64,000 nucleotides of DNA from Octopus vulgaris (lineage: Eukaryota), in assembly GCA_951406725.2 (NCBI GenBank), contig OX597840.1, positions 38,564,001-38,628,000 on the forward strand, written 5' to 3'. Numbering within the stretch: the stretch's first letter is position 1; each line of letters begins with the position of its first letter. This document shows, piece after piece, positions 1 through 13,524 of the stretch. The position numbers were made by a program, and so were the translations under genes. Under the pieces are notes generated by a model that had not been told where the DNA came from, searched no databases, and saw only the letters and a list, made by a program, of their open reading frames with translations.

Positions 1-364
1 GAGGTGGAGAAACACGACTACGATGATAACACTGTTTTGCACAAGGATAGAGATTTTGACGGATCTTGACAGAGATTTTGATTACGAAGAGTTCGGTCCT
101 GAATCCCAGCATTTAATTTTATCGCTCACATTTTGATGGAACGCAAAGTTGACCTATGCTGAGCATTTCATATACTCTAAAGCATTGTCGAGTGCAACTC
201 TGTTATTATATATGCTCGAAATGAGGAGTAGATAGGCAGCCGACAACTGGTGAAGGGTCCTTTTTTGTGTTAACTTGTCTTCCTGTTTTCCATGTCTTAT
301 TGTTGTTTACGTATTTCATGTTATTTGCACCGTTAGTGACGTCCTGTCCCCATGTATGCATGTG

Positions 365-580
<216 letters not shown>

Positions 581-584
581 GGTT

Positions 585-892
585 GGAGGCACAATGGCCC
601 AGTGGTTAGAGCAGCGGACTCCCGGTTGTAGGATCGTGGTTTTGATTCCCAGACCGGGTATTGTTAGTGTTTATTGAGCGAAAACACCTAAACCTCCGCG
701 AGGCTTCGGCAGGGTGTGGTGATCCCTGCTGTACTCTTTCACCACTCTTTCTCTCACTCCTTCTTCTGTTGGCCAGATCGCTTAGCCAGCGGGGTGGCGT
801 CATTTGAATGCTAAAAACAATGCGAAGCGCATTGTGACCAGCGATGTGTTGAAACATCTGATACCCTGGTCGGTCACGGTGATCACGATGAT
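585..892 (+). mobile_element. tRNA-derived SINE, family A head with tail type 1
   Basis: Head GGAGGCACAATGGCCCAGTGGTTAG (A box) ... GGTTTTGATTCCC (B box-like) is shared with copies at 6173, 22058, 29622, 43940 and 58500. Distinct tail AATGCGAAGCGCATTGTGACCAGCGATG. Confidence 0.85.
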
Positions 893-929
893 ATATATAC
901 ATGGAGGAATGTGTGTATGTAGTATGGTC

Positions 930-1295
930 GCTGGTGTGGATGTATGCTAAGACGTTTCCCAGACATATGGTTCCAAATTCAGAGGCACTGCGTGCCAAAT
1001 CTCTCAAGTGTCTAATTCTATTCTCTGCCAGCCAATGTCTTCTGAGTGGAATATGTAAATGGAAACGGAAACAAGAACGTCGTATATGTGTATGTATGTG
1101 TATGTCTTTCAAATGCACCAATGCTTGGCAAGTGGTGTTGGTGTGTTTACGTCCCCGTAACGTAGTGGTTCAGCTAAAGTACGATAAAATGATTATTATA
1201 TTAAAGTAAGCACTGGGATTGATTCGTTGGAATAAAATACATCAAAGCACTACCCCAGTATGGCCGCAGTACAATGACTGAAACCAGTAAGAGAT
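930..1295 (+). mobile_element. Old diverged SINE family B copy
   Basis: Retains GGTGTGTTTACGTCCCCGTAAC and TGGCCGCAGTACAATGACTGAAACCAGTAA, colinear with 8004-8405. Confidence 0.7.
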
Positions 1296-1418
1296 AATAG
1301 ATACATATATACACAAGCACATACGCGCTCGCACACACATATATATATATAAAATATATGTATATTTATACACATATATGCTCACACAGCATGTATATAT
1401 ATATTTGTGTGTGTGTGC

Positions 1419-1455
<37 letters not shown>

Positions 1456-2481
1456 AGTATATATATATTTATATATATACATTTCTGTATCTATATATAT
1501 ATATGTAATGAGAGAGTGAAAGAGGGAGAGAAAGAAAGAGAGAGGGAAGAATATAATTTTATCCGTTGCATATTGTTTGTTCTTCATTCCTTATATACAC
1601 ACAAATACACACCAAACAAGCATGCACAGGGCCATGCGCGCGTAAAACAACTACAAGAAAAACAAACACACGATGGCTGATATAAAAATTTAAATTTAAC
1701 GTTCATTTTCGAAAATTAATTTCGTTCCTTGGCAATTTAGAATTTCCCCTCAGCTTTACCAAAGGGAAACATTATAAAAGCGTCTAAAGTCATTTAAGTC
1801 TATAACTTTCTGTGATGGATCTCATTTTCCAAAATCTTCTTCATATTTTGTGGTTTATATAAAGCTATGAACACTATCTCAGAATGCGGAAAGAGTGCAT
1901 AGTTAAAATGACAATGGACGCTCATCAGGAAAGCATTAATATGTAAACTGCATACAAAAATGCTATTAAAAAATGCAGTTGATTATTCAGAAATCACCAT
2001 GGGTAATATAAAAACGATGTGAGCTAGATCTTTAGAAAAAGGCCATATAACATACAAAAAATGTATAATGTGTATACATCCACAAATAAGTTTATATATA
2101 ATATAAGCCTCAGAATTTTATTTACGTATATATGTAGAATATTGCGTATATTATAGCCACACAGTTTAGATTTTATATTCCATAATTTCTGAGATGCATA
2201 CACATATACATCAATGTATATGTACATACTTACATGCGGTTTATATAACCACATGCAAAAGACACACTAAAACTCAGGCACGCAGATACTCGTGTATACG
2301 TGTGTGTGTGTGTGTGTGTTTGTGTGTGCATATAAATATATATATATATAAACGTATATATATCCATGCATACGTATATACACACACATATGCTTGACTA
2401 TTTATATATAAGTATGTTTACATATTTGCATGTGTATATATATATATCAAAATACACATATGTATGTATATATCTGTGTGT

Positions 2482-2486
<5 letters not shown>

Positions 2487-2516
<30 letters not shown>

Positions 2517-2542
2517 CATATATATACACAGATACATATATA

Positions 2543-2607
<65 letters not shown>

Positions 2608-2617
2608 GTATATATAA

Positions 2618-2649
<32 letters not shown>

Positions 2650-2672
2650 GTATATATATATACATATATATA
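2487..2672. repeat. (TA)n microsatellite
   Basis: Direct inspection. Confidence 0.95.
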
Positions 2673-2894
2673 CCTGATAGTATTTCTGATAATATTATTT
2701 GCGTGCATGTGTAGGATGAAAAGACGATAGTTATTAATACGAAGTAATTTGAATATTAAATTGTATAACACCAAAGGCTGTATAAACATTGCAATAAAGA
2801 ACGACTAAAGCTACTTTATTATAAACCACAAGCACAAACAAAGACACACAAAAATCAACATACATACATATATATATTCATATATACACATATA

Positions 2895-2969
<75 letters not shown>

Positions 2970-4684
2970 GCTTGTTTGTGTGTGTGTGAGTGTTTGTATG
3001 TGTGTATACAGATTGAGAAATATGCATAGAATGTGAGAGATTATGTACATATATATACGCACACATAGGTATATTTATAAAAGCATGTATTTGTGTGAAG
3101 ACGTATAACATGAGAAACACACGAGAACAATAGCATAACACAAAGGTGTCTTAATATTTCTTGCGGTCTTTATATGATACTATATTATATTATATTATAT
3201 TATATTATATTATATTATATTATATTGCATTGTATTATTTGTATATTATATTATTTTATTTAGTCATTTATAGCCAAAGCGAGGAATCCTTTGTTTGAAA
3301 TTTCTTGTTTATTTTATCCCATGTTTTGATGAATAAAACAAACAAAAAAACTCGGTGATATCGCCATCATTATCGCCATCGACATCGTCGTCGTCGTCGT
3401 TTTCGTTGTCATCATCGTCATCTTAATCATCATCATAATCTGTTGAGTATATAGACGCCCATATGAATGCACATACATAGTTGAACGTACAATAAATACA
3501 TATACATGTTATACCAACAAACACACACAAATATACACAAATGTTCATACATAGATATCTCTCTTTCTCCCTCTCGCTCCACTATAGACACATAGATACA
3601 TGCATGCTGCTTATACACACACACACACACACACACATTTATATATATATATACATACATCCATACATATATATATGCATGTGTGTGTCGATGTACGCAA
3701 TGACATCCTCATAGATGTGTATCTATACTTGGCGGTTGCTGAATAAATCTGTATACATCCTCCGAGGTGTATGTCAGCAGCCATATACATTCTTTTGAAC
3801 CTCCTCTCAATTTGCTTTTGTTTTAATATAATTTTAACTATGAGCATAATTAAGTACCTTGGGTTCACACCTGTTCAAACAGGAGTAATTTCTACACGTG
3901 CTTTCGTGTAGACCAAGAAATGTATTCTCACATATACATGTGTTACTTTGTATATTTGTATGTAAGGGTATGGTGTTTGGGTGTAGTATTACAAGCACAC
4001 GTAAATACATACAAGTGGGTGGATAAACGAAAGAGAAAAGCCACTCAACGCATTTAGTAGACATTATTTGTATTATTAGTTAAAAACGGTTTGATTCCGA
4101 TCCGTGCGACTTAAATCTTCGCGGACCTTCAATAGTTACCCGTCTGTTTCAGGTTTAGACTCCCGAATATATATATATAATAAATGCACTGAAATACTGT
4201 TGAAACAATTTCTGTTCCTTCGGTGTCTTACAATAAATGTCACACAAATGCATGTTTAAGCAGTAGCAATTCTTTAAATCTTTGCATTCAATCTGCACAT
4301 TTCTAGATTCTATATAAGATGCCAAAGAAAGACTTAGGAAACGATCGAAATATTGTGCATGTCTCTAATTATGCGTAGTACAGTAATAAAAAAAAGATAT
4401 CGGCATTAGTATTGATAGAGTACGGTGTTAAATTTCACTCATTCTTCATTGGCGAATTGATATTTACAGTATTTAATAAAAAGTCTCTCCTGATCCCTGA
4501 TTTGTGATTCTCAATCTTGAAGATCGAGGAAGTACTTGAAATCGTAGGTATAGAAATTTACCGCGTTAATATCGATAAATTATACACACACATTTGCATA
4601 AAATGTATATATAAATGTATGTATAGCATAAGAATATAGATATAATTAAACTAATAATCATATATTAATTACAAAATTGGTCAT

Positions 4685-4766
4685 CATCTCCGACAGCTGT
4701 TTCAATTCAAGTCTTTAAAAATTAATTAATATAAAAGAATTTTATAGTTGAATCTCATCGGAGGTG
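4685..4766 (-). ncRNA. Degenerate type I hammerhead ribozyme (family H5)
   Basis: Minus strand CACCTCC-[CT missing]-GATGA-GATTCAA-(37-nt loop)-TTGAATT-GAAA-CAGCTG-TC-GGAGATG. Helices I-III pair but the core is damaged. Confidence 0.6.
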
Positions 4767-5501
4767 GAAAAATAAATATCAGTTACATTTTCATATTATC
4801 GTGTGTTGAATATTTGGAGCAAATCTACTAACTATAAATATTGTGTAGAAAGATCATGGTAGAAACCTTAGAAAAGGGAAGGGGTAGCATATTTATCGAA
4901 ATTATTATAAAAATGAAAATAAAAATATAGAATAAGATATGGTAATAAAACATATGTATCTCTAAATTATAATTAAGTATCAAATAAAAATAACTGTGAA
5001 TGTGGTTATAAAAATATAGGTAGTAATATATCACGGGTAGTTATCAATATTATGAAACTAGTAGTTGGTTAATTGAAGTTATCGTAAACCAATGAATGAC
5101 TATAGAAAAATTAGGATGAATACATATATAAATAGTTTGAAATTATTCAAGTAATTAAGGGGTGTATATGTAAATAAAATAAATATAAGAAGGTTAATAG
5201 GTGAAAATATGTTTTTGAGTGCATTATATATAAATGCAATTCATAATTTATATGTATAGTGATAGAATACAAGTGCAATAATCATAAAATAAAATAATAT
5301 GGAATAGATTAGCAAGCAGGCTATTGAAAATTTGTTATTACGCAAATGGAAATATAAGTTTACACGAATGTTTATATTAGATATAAATAATTAATTGTGG
5401 GCAAAAACATATTTAAAAAGTTGTGTGAAATTACTACATGTAGTATACAGTAACTTAAAACATATAATGACTTATGTGTATGCTAAAAATTAAGAATTAT
5501 A

Positions 5502-6067
5502 TAGGGTTGTCCGGAAAGTTCGTGCCTATATTTAACAGCTTACCTTTCGACTTATTTTAGAACATGGTCGAGTCTATAGAATAGGATTTGACTACACCTC
5601 CATTTAGAGCACAGTTTAAGATATCTTTATGTGGAAGAATGTTTATGTTCCTATAACCTGTGTTAATTCTATAACCCTTTAAAATGGAAGATCACACGAT
5701 TCATTTTCGGCACTTGATGCTTTGGGAAACAGACAAAAATTGCTGCATTTCGGCTGGGATGTGTTACCCCACCGTCCTTATTCACCAGATATTGCTCCTT
5801 CGGATTTCCACTTATTCAGGTCTCTGCAGAATAGTCTTAAAGGTAAAAATTTCAATTCTTCGGATGACGTAAAAAGATACTTTGATGAATACTTAGCCTT
5901 GAAATCACTGCAATTCTGGGAAGAGGGTATTTTCAAGTTAAAGGAAACATGGAGACGCATTGTGCAACAAAATGGTTCGTATTTGGTTAATTAAAAATGT
6001 AATGGCAAGTATTTATTGACCTTTTTCTTTCCTTTAAAAATCGGCGCAAACTTTCCGGACAGCCCAA
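5502..6067 (+). mobile_element. Internally deleted mariner DNA transposon
   Basis: Imperfect TIRs TAGGGTTGTCCGGAAAGTTCGTGCC / GGCGCAAACTTTCCGGACAGCCCAA flanked by TA. N-terminal MEDHTIHFRHLML is joined to C-terminal GWDVLPHRPYSPDIAPSDFHLFRSLQN...GIFKLKETW (YSPDLAPSD motif). Confidence 0.95.
5684..5994 (+). pseudogene. Mariner transposase remnant (N-terminus plus C-terminus, middle deleted)
   Basis: ORFs 5684..5872 and 5722..5994; YSPDIAPSDFHLF motif. Confidence 0.9.
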
Positions 6068-6172
6068 TATATTATATATAGTCAAGCGTAGAAGTATATT
6101 ACGTTCAATAGAGTTTATGGAGATAGAATCAAATACTAAACCATACGGTAATGAGTAAATAAATAAATAATT

Positions 6173-6400
6173 GTGGAGGCGCAATGGCCTAGTGGTTAGG
6201 GCAGCGGACTTGCGGTCGGAGGATCGCGGTTTCGATTCCCAGACCGGGCGTTGTGTGTGTTTATTGAGCGAAAACACCTAAAAGCTCCACGAGGCTCCGG
6301 CAGGAGGTGGTGATCCCTGCTGTACTCTTTCACCACTCTAAAAGGCGGTGCTCCAGCATGGCCGCAGTCAAAATGACTGAAACAAGTACAAAAAAAAAAA
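6173..6400 (+). mobile_element. Chimeric SINE: family A head with family B 3' tail
   Basis: A head runs to CACCACTCTA (about 6340), then AAAGGCGGTGCTCCAGCATGGCCGCAGTCAAAATGACTGAAACAAGTA and an A-run. Confidence 0.85.
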
Positions 6401-6424
6401 TTAATTAATTAGATAATGTTATTA

Positions 6425-6514
6425 ATATACTTACGTACTTGTAACATATGAGAGACCCTTAAAATTTATATTGAATTGATCAAATGAAAAATTAAAGCAT
6501 AAACAAAAATCCAT
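6425..6514 (+). pseudogene. Decayed GIY-YIG endonuclease-like fragment (Penelope-type)
   Basis: Manual translation IYLRTCNI*ETLKIYIELIK*KIKA*TKIH resembles the IY-x-I-x-C-xx-C...YIG-x-T-x-R-x-L-xx-R-xx-EH pattern, with three stops. Confidence 0.45.
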
Positions 6515-6585
6515 TGGTCAAACTTTTTAAATAACCACATTCTACGAAGTAAGCCTCGGTAACGGAAATAAAACAATCTAGTGTA

Positions 6586-6791
6586 GAGGGAAGTGACGAG
6601 GGGGTGATGAAGAAAAAATATTGTAGGTGAAAACTATAAAGTAGGGAGTACATCAAGGATTTCAAATAAAGGCATAAAAAGGGTCAATAATTGCAATTAT
6701 TAGTAAATTCTGACGTTGTGGCCCTCCCTCCTTATTTCATAATTTCCACCTAAATTATTTTCCTATTCATCTCTCTCTTGTCACTTCCCTC
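6586..6791. mobile_element. MITE-like imperfect inverted repeat
   Basis: GAGGGAAGTGACGAGGGGGTGATGAAG... versus ...TTCATCTCTCTCTTGTCACTTCCCTC; arms about 75-85 bp; no clear TSD. Confidence 0.55.
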
Positions 6792-7049
6792 CTTATATTA
6801 ATTAATTTCTCACGTATTGAATGGAAACACCTGTCAGAGATGATGTTCAATCTGTTGTAATTAATAAATAACTATGTATTTAATTATATCTATTTTCTTA
6901 AAATATATATATATAAATCCCGGTTTATCTAATTACCTTACTGTTGAATATTAATTGTAATGTTCAACGTTTCTTGTAATAGGTAATAAACCAGCATATT
7001 CATTGGATTTTATTATCCTTCAATGAGGTTTTTAACTTTTAATTGAACT

Positions 7050-7357
<308 letters not shown>

Positions 7358-7858
7358 ATTTCAACGTGGAATATGTTTGTAATCCATTCAAGAGAACACA
7401 AAACCCGTTTGTGTCATTTCAACATTTAATTTTCCTTTGTCTCGAAATATGTTTGTCGTTTTGAAACCGAAACCTGCTCTCTGACAAAGCTTGGCGCTGC
7501 ATTTGGGAGAGTAACAGTTAGTTAAAATATATATATATATGGATTTATGTATGTTTGCTTTGCATGCATGCATATACGTATGTAGATATGTACGTATGTA
7601 TGTATGGGAGCATGTCTGTAAGAATGTCCTAAATGCATTGCAAACATTATTCTTTGCGAAGTCTATGAAAATTGTCTCAAAAGACCTAGTTCAGATTTGA
7701 GTGATACTATTAAAGTTCATACAAGCACGTAGAGGCATACACACACTATCATCAAGCAAGTACGTTTATATTCAGTGGCACACACCAACGACAGACATAC
7801 GGACACACAATACGTATATGATCATAAGCACATTATATATTTATATACATACATATAT

Positions 7859-7895
<37 letters not shown>

Positions 7896-7939
7896 CATAC
7901 ATATATATATATGTATATCAATATATGTATCTATATCTA

Positions 7940-8003
<64 letters not shown>

Positions 8004-8007
<4 letters not shown>

Positions 8008-8405
8008 CGCAGGAGTGGCTGTGTGGTAAGTAGCTTGCTAGCCAGTCACATGGTTCCGGGTTCAGTCCCACTGCGTGGCATCTTGGCACGTATCTTCTGC
8101 TATAGCCTCGGGCCGACCAAAGCCTCGTGAGTGGATTTGGTAGACGGAAACTGAAAGAAGCTTGTCGTATATATGTATATGTATGTGCATGTATATGTTT
8201 GTGTATCTGTGTTTGTCCCTCCAACATCGCTTGACAACCGATGCTGGTGTGTTTACGTCCCCGTCACTTAGCGGTTCGATAAAAGAGACCGATAGAATAA
8301 GTACTTACAAAGAATAAGTCCCAGGATAGATTTGCTCGACTAAAGGCGGTGCTCTAGCATGGCCACAGTCAAAATGACTGAAACAAGTAAAAGAGTAAAA
8401 GAGTA
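8004..8405 (+). mobile_element. SINE family B, full length
   Basis: Head GGCGCAGGAGTGGCTGTGTGGTAAG...GGGTTCAGTCCC, a CORE-like block (GGCATCTTGGGCAAGTGTCTT in other copies), internal (TA/TG) tract and (GAGTAAAA)n tail; many copies in the window. Confidence 0.9.
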
Positions 8406-8423
8406 ATAGAGATATATGTATAT

Positions 8424-8459
<36 letters not shown>

Positions 8460-8771
8460 CTATCTATCTATGTATGCATGTATATATTTTCTTTTTCATA
8501 ATGAACCTGCGCACATGTTATAGCATGGCTTGCTTACAATGCACGCGCCACCTGTTGGCTTAGTTATATAGACTGTGATTCTCTTTCCAAAATCCAAAAG
8601 TCTCTGATCTTAGAGGAATATTCACAGAGGAAATCTCTTTCTATTTGTAAATAATAACGGACGCTTTAGAGCTTACCATGTGAACTCAGTCGGATGCAGA
8701 AGACGTAGTAAATGCTATACGCATGAGAATGGTCATGTGTGTGTGTGTGCGCGCGTATGTGTGTATGTGTC

Positions 8772-8812
<41 letters not shown>

Positions 8813-8905
8813 TGTATTCAATGTATCCTGACAGCTGCCCAAATACAGTTACTTTGATGGAAGCTTCATCACATTACCTAAATATATATATATATATATA
8901 TATAT

Positions 8906-8988
<83 letters not shown>

Positions 8989-9100
8989 ATATAAGTATAT
9001 ATATATATTTATATATATATGTATGTATATATATATGTATAGATATATACATCTATACATATATATATAATATACACATACATACACGTATATATATAAA

Positions 9101-9139
<39 letters not shown>

Positions 9140-9720
9140 ACCTACAGTAAAACTTCTATCTACTTAACTATTTATCTCTCACTGTGAATATATATATATA
9201 TCTATCTATATATCTATCTATATATATATATGTATATGAATATATAAATATATATATATATGTGCATATATGTATATGTATCTATATATTTATGTATGTA
9301 TGTATGCGCATGCGTGCATATACAGATTATGTCATGTCTGCCTTGCTTCCAATTCTCGAATTCTTTAGTTCACTTTTGGTTAAAAAAAAAAACACGTTTG
9401 TGAAAGATAAGAAAATACATTCGAATATTTTCCTCACTTTTTACACGTTTTTAATTAATTTTCTTGCAGTCGCTCTTTCTATATTGAAGCGCGACTATAC
9501 CTCACATCAAGTAGATGGTATAAGATAGCATCCACCTTACAATCACGTACTAGACGCACTTCCAATTGCAGTCTAATGTTTTTTGAATGTTTATTGAATT
9601 CAATTTTGTATCGCTATGATCATCTTCTTAACGACAGATCAAAATCGTTTTGAACGATCAGCTTTTGAACTAGATAGTTTTTAGATTCTTTTACTGAATA
9701 ATCGAGCAAGTGGTTGAGCA

Positions 9721-10141
9721 TACTCTTTACTCTTTACTCTTTTACTTGTTTCAGTCATTTGACTGCGTCCATGCTGGAGCACCGCCTTCAGTCGAGCAAA
9801 TCGACCCCGGGACTTATTCTTTGTAAGCCCAGTACTTATTCTATCAGTCGCTTTTGCCGAACCACTAAGTGACGGGGATGTAAACACACCAGCATCGGTT
9901 GTCAAGCGATGTTGGGGGGACAAACACAGACACACAAGCACCCACACACATACATATATATATATACACATATATACGACAGGCTTCTTTCAGTTTCCGT
10001 CTACCAAATCCACTCACGAGGCATTGGTCGGCCCGGGGCTATAGCAGAAGACACTTGCCCAAGATGCCACGCAGTGGGACTGAACCCGGAACCATGTGGT
10101 TGGTTAGCAAGCTACTTGCCACACAGCCACTTCTGCGCCTA
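9721..10141 (-). mobile_element. SINE family B, full length
   Basis: Reverse complement of the 8004-8405 sequence. Confidence 0.9.
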
Positions 10142-10192
10142 AAGATATATGTAAAATTCACGTTATCCTCAAATTAAATGCGTGTGACAATA

Positions 10193-10425
10193 TGTTTCTT
10201 TCTTACCCACAAGGGGCTAAACATAAAGATGGCAAACAAGGACAGACAAACGGATTAAGTCGAATATATCGACCCCAGTGTGTAACTGCTACTTATTTAA
10301 TCGATCCCTAAACGATGAAAGGCAAAGTCGACCTCGGCGGAATTTGAACTCAGAACTTAACGGCAGACGCATTACTGCTAAACATTTCGCCCGGCGTGCT
10401 AAAGTTTCTGCCAGCTCGCCACCTT
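10193..10425 (-). mobile_element. SINE family C
   Basis: Minus-strand head GGTGGCGAGCTGGCAGAAAC, B box GAGTTCAAATTCC and central GACTTTGCCTTTCATC; homologous to 25433, 37128, 38321 and 60121. Confidence 0.85.
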
Positions 10426-11179
10426 CTAATTCAAAATATTGTACAATGATATTCATGTTGGTACTCATGCATGTATGTGTCCATATACCTGTGTGTGTGT
10501 GTGTGTTTGTGTGTGTGCGTGTGTGTTGTTGTTAAGCAACAAGACGGGTAAGGGTGATTAGGTGATGGTCTAGGGCTTAGGGGTGGGAGACCCCAGACCT
10601 TGGAAAAAAACAACTTTGGTCGTCTTGTTGTGGTTGAGGTCTCTTCGTTGACGCACCACACCGCTGGTAGGTGGCCCTCAAAGTCGCTGGAAAAGGAGAT
10701 CTCCTGGTCCAAATTCTTGAACGGCTGTGTGTGTGTGTTTGTGTGTACATAACATTTTTCAGGATTAAACTGTTTATGCTGTCTTAATACCAGTGGAAGA
10801 GCGTTATTATCGGATTAGAACTCATCTGTTTTTCTTTCCGTTGTGACATTCGTAAAAAAAAATACAAAAAACACATACATACGCATCCCGTTCTGGATCG
10901 CATCGAACTCAAATTTACACACACAGCCTGTCAACATTCCATTGATGAGATTTATAGCACGTATGCGTTTCCATACTGTGAAATCAATAGACATCATATA
11001 TCCGTAACGTCTTTCTTTTAAATTCTATGAGACATAATCGAATTTTTCAATGCTTAATATTATTCACTACGTTTTCTGATGATAAGATAATATATTCTAA
11101 TGCAATATCAATGTTTTCCTCGTATTTTATTGTACCTTTACATTGTAGTTTTATTCCCATATAATTTAATATAATATTT

Positions 11180-11255
11180 AATAATAATAATAATAATAAT
11201 AAAGATAATAATAATAATAATAACAATAATAATAATAATAATAATAATAATGATG

Positions 11256-11293
<38 letters not shown>

Positions 11294-11356
11294 GATAATA
11301 ATAATAATAATAACAATAATAATAATAATGATAATAATAATGATGATGATAATAAC

Positions 11357-11408
<52 letters not shown>

Positions 11409-11512
11409 GTGATAATAATAATAATACTACTACTAAAAATAATAGTGATAATGATAATAATACTAGTAATAATAATAAGGAATATGGATGTAATAATATT
11501 AATAATAATAAT
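11180..11512. repeat. (AAT)n microsatellite
   Basis: Direct inspection. Confidence 0.95.
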
Positions 11513-11645
11513 GATGTGTAATTACCTCATTTCTTTTATCCATCTATTACTTTTTCTTTCGTTTTCATCTTTACTTTCTGGCAAATTCGGTCTCCATTAA
11601 ACGGTATGTATATAATTTCACTGAATGTTCCTGCTGAAGAATTAC

Positions 11646-11795
<150 letters not shown>

Positions 11796-12934
11796 TCGCC
11801 AATTTGACATCACCACCTTCTTCTTTTTGTTTTTTTTTGGTTTCCTTGGTGTCGTTGTAACATCTTCTCCTCCGTATCCCCAGTTTCCTCCTCCGCCTCC
11901 TTCTCATCCTCCCCCTCTCCCCTTCCTCCTCCTCCTCGTAATCATTCTCCTCTCCATCAGCATCATAACTGTCATCATTCTCCTCATTTTCATCGCTATC
12001 CTCACCACTAAAATCACGATTCTCCTCCTCTTACTCTTCCTCCTCTTACTCTTCTCACCATCTCTGCACCTCATTATCATCATCAACATCATCATCATTT
12101 TCGACGTCTTCATTATCATCTTGTTGATATTATTATTATCGCTTTGCGCAGTTGCGAAATTTTCACATCTTTTTCTGTTTTTGATGGATGGCATAGTTGA
12201 TTACCGTTTGTCAGGCGTGTCCTTTACTTCTTCCACAACTTTTGCTAATAGAGAGCAAAGCACGTGACGTGTAGAATGTCACCAAGCCCTCAGAGCGCTT
12301 TACCAGTCGTTGAAAGATGTAAGTGGTGAGGTTTCCATGTTGACATTCCATAGATGGTTACTGATGGGCAAAAATGACAACTTTCTTAGGAAAGCACTGG
12401 GTTTTGATGAAAATAAATCGGATGAGCCTCAGACCGGGGACCATCAATAATTAGGAGTAGTCTCTGACACTACAATGAAAGGAACGATATCGCTGGATCA
12501 TGAAATATTCCGAAGATATCGAAGAGGGGTCAACGAAGTTGATGTAACATACGTGTAGATCGACGAGACTCTTTTGTACACATTAGTCAAAGACTCTAAT
12601 TCAATTAACTAAAAAACAAACGAAAGCAAGGTTTATTTTGCGAAACTTTACTCCCATTTGAGTAGCAGCCACCTACATTTCCAATATTCATACCAATGCA
12701 CTGTGTGAAATAACAACAGAGCCTGTGAGAAAGGCGAGTAAAGGCATTAATGAGCAATCACATTCCAAACACAACCCCACCCACATTTGAGGGAAAATGA
12801 ATCCAGGATCATATATCTAATGGATTTCTTATGTACACGCACAGTTGCACAAGCATGAATAGAACTTGAAGAATGCTATCTTATCCATCTTAACATGCGT
12901 AATGTAACGCATCTGAATACAAGTTAGCTTGAAA

Positions 12935-12982
12935 GAGGGAGAGCTGGCAGAACCGTTAGCACGCTAGGCAAGACCCTTAGAT
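12935..12982 (+). mobile_element. SINE family C head fragment
   Basis: GAGCTGGCAGAACCGTTAGCACGCTAGGC. Confidence 0.6.
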
Positions 12983-12988
12983 TTGTAT

Positions 12989-13039
<51 letters not shown>

Positions 13040-13300
13040 TGGCCTGTTGAACCGCTTCCATTAAACTCCACGCTTTTGTTTTCCATCCATCTCGAGCCTT
13101 ATGCTATCCTTAAACCTTTTTTGTTGGGCTCAAATCGTTTTTGTGAACCCATGGAAAACGAACCTCTAAGAACTGTTCTGCCTATATGTCCGTCCACATC
13201 TTTCAATGCAATCTATGCCAGAAACATTGCAAATCTAACGGAGGCCCCCAAAAGACATTTTTAAGACATACGAAGATCAGAACATTTTAGCAGTTCTTGG
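13040..13300 (-). mobile_element. Possible decayed RTE-like LINE 3' end
   Basis: Frameshifted minus-strand translation RLQCFWH...GHIGRTVL...FKDSIR weakly resembles RTE C-termini (RLxWFGH...RGRP..RWxD). Confidence 0.3.
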
Positions 13301-13474
13301 TGGTCCAAATCTGAGGTGCAATCTATGGGTGTGTCGTTTCAAAACATTGTGCATTTAAAAAAATCCACATCAGATGTCATTATGATTCTAAGGTTCTAAG
13401 GTGTAGATAAAGAAAGCTGTCAACAGACTCTGAATAAGGAGTAGCCAACCACCATATATATATATATATATAAT

Positions 13475-13524
<50 letters not shown>

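Larger units (their letters stand above)
4600..7040. mobile_element. Old Penelope-like element remnant with inverted terminal segments, interrupted by mariner, SINE and MITE-like insertions
   Basis: 4600-4740 (minus) is homologous to 6793-6915 (plus), both carrying hammerhead sequence. Decayed GIY-YIG-like frame at 6425-6514. Outer boundaries are approximate. Confidence 0.5.
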
